From: Euprymna scolopes
Lineage: Eukaryota
Strand: one strand, 5' to 3'
Assembly (NCBI GenBank): GCA_053919585.1
Contig: CM132800.1
DNA: 64,000 nucleotides
Under the pieces are notes generated by a model. The model ran no database searches, had not been told where the DNA came from, and worked only from the letters and a program-made list of their open reading frames with translations. A program made the position numbers and the translations under genes. Below are positions 55,801 to 64,000 of the stretch, in pieces. Numbering within the stretch: position 1 is the first letter of the stretch; the number at the start of each line of letters is the position of its first letter.

Positions 55801-58800
55801 GCATATTAATATAATGTCAGTGATATACGCATAGTAATATAATGTCAGTGATATAAGCATATTAATATAATGTCAGTGATATAAGCATAGTAATATAATT
55901 TCAGTGATATAAACATATTAATATAATGTCAGTGATATAAGCACATTAATATCATTTCAGTGATATAAGCATATTAATATAATTTCAGTGATATAAGCAT
56001 ATTAATATAATGTCAGTGATATAAGCATATTAATATAATTTCAGTGATATAAGCATATTAATTTAATGTCAGTGATATAAGCATAGTAATATAATTTCAC
56101 TGATATAAGCACATTTATATAATTTCAGTGATATAAGCATATTAATATAATTTCAGTGATATAAGCATATTAATATAATTTCACTGATATAAGCATATTA
56201 ATATAATTTCAGTGATAAAGGCATAGTAATATAATTCCAGTGATATAAGCATATTAATATAATTTCAGTGATATAAGCATATTAATATAATTTCAGTGAT
56301 ATAAGCATACTAATATAATATCAGTAATATTAGAATAGTAATATAATTTTAGTGATATAAGCACATAATTATAATTTCAGTGATATAAGCATATTAATAT
56401 AATTTCAGTGATATAAGAATATTAATATAATTTCAGTGATATAAGCATACTAATATAATTTCAGTGATATAAACATATTAATATAATTTCAGTGATATAA
56501 GCATATTAATATAATTTCAGTGATATAAGCATATTAATATAATTTCAGTGATATAAGCATATTAATATAATTTCAGTGATATAAGCATATTAATATAATT
56601 TCAGTGATATAAGCATATCGAAATAATTTCAGTGATAAGCATATTAATATAATTTCAGTTATAAAGGCATATTAATATAATTTCAGTGATGAAAGCATAT
56701 TAATATAATTTCAGTGATATAAGCATATTAATATAATTTCAGTGATATAAGCATATCGAAAAAATTTCAGTGATAAGCATATTAATATAATTTCACTTAT
56801 AAAGGCATATTAATATTATTTCAGTGACATAAGCATATTAATATAATTTCAGTGATATAAGCACATTAATATAATTTCAGTGATATAAGCATATTAATAT
56901 AATTTCAGTGATAAGCATATTAATATAATTTCAGTGATATAAGCATATTAATATAATTACAGTGATATAAGCATATCGAAATAATTTCAGTGATAAGCAT
57001 ATTAATATAATTTCAGTTGTATAAGCATATTAATATAATTTCAGTGATATAAGCATATTAATATAATTTCAGTGGTATCAGCATATTAATATAATTTCAG
57101 TGATATAAGCATATTAATATAATTTCAGTGATATAAGCATATTAACATAATTTCAGTGATATAAGCATATTAATATAACTTCATTGAAAAGAATATTAAT
57201 AAAATTTCAGTGATATAAGCATATCGAAATAATTTCAGTGATATAAGCATATTTATATAATTTCAGTGATATAAGAATATTAATATAATTTCAGTGATAT
57301 AAGCATATCGAAATAATTTCAGTGATATAAACATATTAATATAATTTCAGTGATATAAGCATATTAATATAATAGCAGTAATATTAGAATAGTAATATAA
57401 TTTCCGTGATATAAGCACATTAATATAATTTCAGTGATATAAGCATATTGATATAATATCAATGATATAAGCATATTAATATAATGTCAGTGATATAAGC
57501 ATATTAATATAATTTCAGTGATATAAGCATATTAATATAATTTCAGTGATATAAGCATAGTAATATAATTTCAGTGATATAAGCATATCGAAATAATTTC
57601 AGTGATATAAGCATATTAATATAATTTCAATGATATAAGCATATTAATATAATTTCAGTGATATAAGCATATCGACATAATTTCAGTGATATAAGCACAT
57701 TAATATAATCTCAGTGATATAAGCATATTAATATAATTTCAGTGATATAAGAATAGTAATATAATTTCAGTGATATAAGCATATCGAAATAATTTCAGTG
57801 ATATAGATTTATTAATATAGTTTTAGTGATATAAGCATATTAATATAATATCAGTAATATAAGAATAGTAATATAATTTCAGTGATATAAGCATATTAAT
57901 ATAAATTCAGTGATATAAGCATATTAATATAATTTTAGTAATATTAGAATAGTAATATAATTTCAGTGATATAAGCATATTAATATAATTTCAGTGATAT
58001 AAGCATATTAATATAATTTCAGTGATATAAGCATATTAATATAATTTCAGTGATATAAGCATATTAATATAATGTCAGTGATATATGCATAGTAATATAA
58101 TGTCAGTGATATAAGCATATTAATATAATGTCAGTGATACAAGCATAGTAATATAATTTCAGTAATATAAGCATATTAATATAATGTCAGTGATATAAAC
58201 ACATTAATATAATTTCAGTGATATAAGCATATTAATATAATTTCAGTGATATAAGCATATTAATATAATGTCAGTGATATAAGCATATTAATATAATTTC
58301 AGTGATATAAGCATATTAATATAATGTCAGTGATATAAGCATAGTAATATAATTTCACTGATATAAGCACATTAATATAATTTCAGTGATATAAGCATAT
58401 TAATATAATTTCAGTGATAAAAGCATATTAATATAATTTCAGTGATATAAGCATATTAATATAATTTCAGTGATATAAGCATAGTAATATAATTCCAGTG
58501 ATATAAGCATATTAATATAATTTCAGTGTTATAAGCATATTAATATAATTTCAGTGATATAAGCATATTAATATAATATCAGTAATATTAGAATAGTAAT
58601 ACATTTCAGTGATATAAGCATATAATAATAATTTCAGTGATATAAGCATATTAATATAATATCAGTAATATTAGAATATTAATATAATTTCAGTGATATA
58701 AGCATATTAATATAATTTCAGTGATATAAGCATATTAATATAATTTCAGTGATATAAGCATATTAATATAATATCAGTAATATTAAAATAGTAATATAAT

Positions 58801-61800
58801 TTCAGTGATATAAGCACATTAATATAATTTCAATGATATAAGCATATTGATATAATATCAGTGATATAAGCATAGTAATATAATTTCAGTGCTATAAGCA
58901 TATAATTATAATTTCAGTGATATAAGCATATTAATACAATATCAGTAATATTAGACCATTAATATAATTTCAGTGGTATAAGCATATTAATATAATTTCA
59001 GTGGTATAAGCATATTAATATAATTTCAGTAATATAAGCATAGTAATATAATTTCAGTGGTATAAGCATATTAATATAATTTCAGTGGTATAAGCACATT
59101 AATATAATTTCAGTGATATAAGCATATTAATATAATTTCAGTGATATAAGCATATAAATATAATATCAGTGATATAAGCATATTAATATAATTTCAATGA
59201 TATAAGCATATTAATATAATTTCAGTGATATAAGCATATTAATATAATTTCAGTGGTATAAGCATATTAATATAATTTCAGTGATATAAGCATATTGATA
59301 TAATTTTAGTGGTATAAGCATATTAATATAATTTCAGTGATATAAGCATATTAATATAATTTCAGTGATATAAGCATATTAATATAATTTCAGTGATGTA
59401 AGCATATTAATATAATTTCAGTGATATAAGCATATTAATATAAGTTCAGTGATATAAGCATATTAATATAATTTCAGTGATATAAGCATATTAATATAAT
59501 ATCAGTGATATAAGCATATTAATATAATTTCAATGATATAAGCATATTAATATAATTTCAGTGATATAAGCATATTTATATAATTTCAGTGATATAAGCA
59601 TATTAATATAATTTTAGTGATATAAGCATATTAATATAATTTCAGTGATATAAGCATATCGAAATAATTTCAGTGATAAGCATATTAATATAATTTCAGT
59701 TATATAGGCATATTAATATAATTTCAGTGATATAAGCATATTCATATAATTTCAGTGATATAAGCATATTAATATAATTTCAGTGATATAAGCATATTAA
59801 TATAATATCAGTAATATTAGAATAGTAATACATTTCAGTGATATAAGCATATAATAATAATTTCAGTGATATAAGCATATTAATATAATATCAGTAATAT
59901 TAGAATATTAATATAATTTCAGTGATATAAGCATATTAATATAATTTCAGTGATATAAGCATATTAATATAATTTCAGTGATATAAGCATATTAATATAA
60001 TATCAGTAATATTAAAATAGTAATATAATTTCAGTGATATAAGCACATTAATATAATTTCAATGATATAAGCATATTGATATAATATCAGTGATATAAGC
60101 ATAGTAATATAATTTCAGTGCTATAAGCATATAATTATAATTTCAGTGATATAAGCATATTAATACAATATCAGTAATATTAGACCATTAATATAATTTC
60201 AGTGGTATAAGCATATTAATATAATTTCAGTGGTATAAGCATATTAATATAATTTCAGTAATATAAGCATAGTAATATAATTTCAGTGGTATAAGCATAT
60301 TAATATAATTTCAGTGGTATAAGCACATTAATATAATTTCAGTGATATAAGCATATTAATATAATTTCAGTGATATAAGCATATAAATATAATATCAGTG
60401 ATATAAGCATATTAATATAATTTCAATGATATAAGCATATTAATATACTTTCAGTGATATAAGCATATTAATATAATTTCAGTGGTATAAGCATATTAAT
60501 ATAATTTCAGTGATATAAGCATATTGATATAATTTTAGTGGTATAAGCATATTAATATAATTTCAGTGATATAAGCATATTAATATAATTTCAGTGATAT
60601 AAGCATATTAATATAATTTCAGTGATGTAAGCATATTAATATAATTTCAGTGATATAAGCATATTAATATAATTTCAGTGATATAAGCATATTAATATAA
60701 TTTCAGTGATATAAGCATATTAATATAATATCAGTGATATAAGCATATTAATATAATTTAAATGATATAAGCATATTAATATAATTTCAGTGATATAAGC
60801 ATATTTATATAATTTCAGTGATATAAGCATATTAATATAATTTTAGTGATATAAGCATATTAATATAATTTCAGTGATATAAGCATATCGAAATAATTTC
60901 AGTGATAAGCATATTAATATAATTTCAGTTATATAGGCATATTAATATAATTTCAGTGATATAAGCATATTCATATAATTTCAGTGATATAAGCATATTA
61001 ATATAATTTCAGTGATATAAGCATATTAATATAATTTCAGTGATATAAGCATATTAATATAATTTCAGTGATATAAGCATATCGAAATAATTTCAGTGAT
61101 AAGCATATTAATATAATTTCAGTTATAAAGGCATATTAATATAATTTCAGTGATATAAGCATATTAATATAATTTCAGTGATATAAGCATATTAATATAA
61201 TTTCAGTGATATAAGCATATCGAAATAATTTCAGTGATAAGCATATTAATATAATTTCACTTATAAAGGCATATTAATATAATTTCAGTGATATAAGCAT
61301 ATTAATATAATTTCAGTGATATAAGCACATTAATATAATTTCAGTGATATAAGCATATTAATATAATTTCAGTGATAAGCATATTAATATAATTTCAGTG
61401 ATATAAGCATATTAATATAATTACAGTGATATAACCATATCGAAATAATTTCAGTGATAAGCATATTAATATAATTTCAGTTGTATAAGCATATTAATAT
61501 AATTTCAGTGATATAAGCATATTAATATAATTTCAGTGGTATCAGCATATTAATATAATTTCAGTGATATAAGCATATTAACATAATTTCAGTGATATAA
61601 GCATATTAATATAACTTCATTGAAAAGCATATTAATAAAATTTCAGTGATATAAGCATATCGAAATAATTTCAGTGATATAAGCATATTAATATAATTTC
61701 AGTGATATAAGCATATCGAAATAATTGCAGTGATATAAACATATAAATATAATTTCAGTGATATAAGCATATTAATATAATAGCAGTAATATTAGAATAG

Positions 61801-64000
61801 TAATATAATTTCCGTGATATAAGCACATTAATATAATTTCAGTGATATAAGCATATTGATATAATATCAATGATATAAGCATATTAATATAATGTCAGTG
61901 ATATAAGCATATTAATATAATTTCAGTGATATAAGCATATTAATATAATTTCAGTGATATAAGCATAGTAATATAATTTCAGTGATATAAGCATATCGAA
62001 ATAATTTCAGTGATATAAGCATATTAATATAATATCAATGATATAAGCATATTAATATAATTTCAGGGATATAAGTATATTAATATAATTTCAGTTATAT
62101 AAGCATATCGAAATAATTTCAGTGATAAGCATATTAATATAATTTCAGTGATATAAGCATATTAATATAATTTCAGTTATATAAGTATATTAATATAATT
62201 TCAGTGGTATAACCATATTAATATAATTTCATTGATATAAGCATATTAATATAATTTCAGTGATATAAGCATATTAATATAATTTCAGTGATATAAGCAT
62301 ATCGAAATAATTTCAGTGATATAAGCATAGTAATATAATTTCAGTGATATAATCATATTACTATAATTTTAGTGATATAAGCATATTAATATAATTTCAG
62401 TGATATAAGCATATTAATATAATTTCAGTGATATAAGCATATTAATATAATTTCAGTGATATAATCATATCAATATTATTTCAGTGATATAAGCATATTA
62501 ATATAATAGCAGTAATATTAGAATAGTAATATAATTTCCGTGATATAAGCACATTATTATAATTTCAGTGATATAAGCATATTGATATAATATCAATGAT
62601 ATAAGCATATTAATATAATGTCAGTGATATAAGCATATTAATATAATTTCAGTGATATAAGCATATTAATATAATTTCAGTGATATAAGCATAGTAATAT
62701 AATTTAAGTGATATAAGCATATCGAAATAATTTCAGTGATATAAGCATATTAATATAATTTCAATGATATAAGCATATTAATATAATTTAAGTGATATAA
62801 ACATATCGACATAATTTCAGTGATATAAGCACATTAATATAATTTCAGTGATATAAGCATATTAATATAATTTCAGTGATATAAGCATAGTAATATAATT
62901 TCAGTGATATAAGCATATCGAAATTATTTCAGTGATATAGACATATTAATATAATTTCAGTGATATAAGCATATTAATATAATATCAGTAATATTAGAAT
63001 AGTAATATAATTTCAGTGATATAAGCACATTAATATAAATTCAGTGATATAAGCATATTAATATAATATCAGTAATATAAGAATAGTAATATAATTTCAG
63101 TGATATAAGCATATTAATATAATGTCAGTGATATAAGCATATTAATATAATGTCAGTGATATAAGCATATTAATATAATTTCAGTGATATAAGCATATTA
63201 ATATAATGTCAGTGATATACGCATAGTAATATAATATCAGTGATATAAGCATATTAATATAATTTCACTGATATAAGCATAGTAATATAATTTCAGTGAT
63301 ATAAACATATTAATATAATGTCAGTGATATAAGCATATTAATATAATTTCAGTGATATAAGCATATTAATTTAATGTCAGTGATATAAGCATAGAAATAT
63401 AATTTCAGTGATATAAGCACATTAATATAATTTCAGTGATATAAGCATATTAATATAATTTCAGTGATATAAGCATATTAATATAATTTCACTGATATAA
63501 GCATATTAATATAATTTCAGTGATATAAGCATAGTAATATAATTCCGGTGATATAAGCATATTAATATAATTTCAGTGATATAAGCATATTAATATAATT
63601 TCAGTTATATAAGCATACTAATATAATATAAGTAATATTAGAATAGTAATATAATTTTAGTGATATAAGCACATAATTATAATTTCAGTGATATAAGCAT
63701 ATTAATATAATTTCAGTGATATAAGAATATTAATATAATTTCAGTGATATAAGCATATTAATATAATTTCAGTGATATAAACATATTAATATAATTTCAG
63801 TGATATAAGCATATTAATATAATTTCAGTGATATAAGCATATTAAGCAAATTTCAGTGATATAAGCATATTAATATCATTTCAGTGATAAGCATATAAAT
63901 ATAATTTCAGTGATATAAGCATATTCATATAATTTCAGTGATATAAGCATATTAATATAATTTCAGTGATATAAGCATATTAATATAATTTCAGTGATAT
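19874..64000 (+). repeat. 28-bp AT-rich tandem satellite (AATTTCAGTGATATAAGCATATTAATAT), about 1,580 monomers, runs off the window
   Basis: Period of 28 measured (e.g. GTG at 20161 and 20189); recurrent 26-bp deletion variants; single orientation; no ORFs in the track. Confidence 0.99.

Noticed and set aside
19874-64000. CRISPR array (28-bp repeat)
   Set aside because: Monomers are head-to-tail with no unique spacers, there are no cas genes, and the context is eukaryotic.

Overview
AT-rich animal (metazoan) genomic DNA; the species cannot be determined from the sequence. No host protein-coding gene is supportable. Positions 1-19.9 kb are a patchwork of microsatellites and mobile-element remnants. 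These include three CR1-clade (Zenon-like) LINE 3' fragments, a decayed Penelope-like element (PLE; RT plus GIY-YIG endonuclease), the 3' end of a second PLE cut by a 157-N gap, tRNA-headed SINEs and fold-back elements. About ten type I hammerhead-ribozyme (HHR)-like motifs in various states of decay are scattered through this part, several in inverted arm pairs. From 19874 to the window end (about 44 kb, still open) lies a single-orientation 28-bp satellite (AATTTCAGTGATATAAGCATATTAATAT, about 1,580 monomers) with nested kilobase duplications. Most notable points: (i) two LINE copies about 82% identical in protein start at the same nucleotide (GAAATGGCAGAA), just before an ATG; (ii) an intact LINE copy sits one monomer inside the satellite edge; (iii) a dense family of HHR-bearing short elements, including a tRNA-head SINE with an HHR-derived body. 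All alignments and counts were made by eye.
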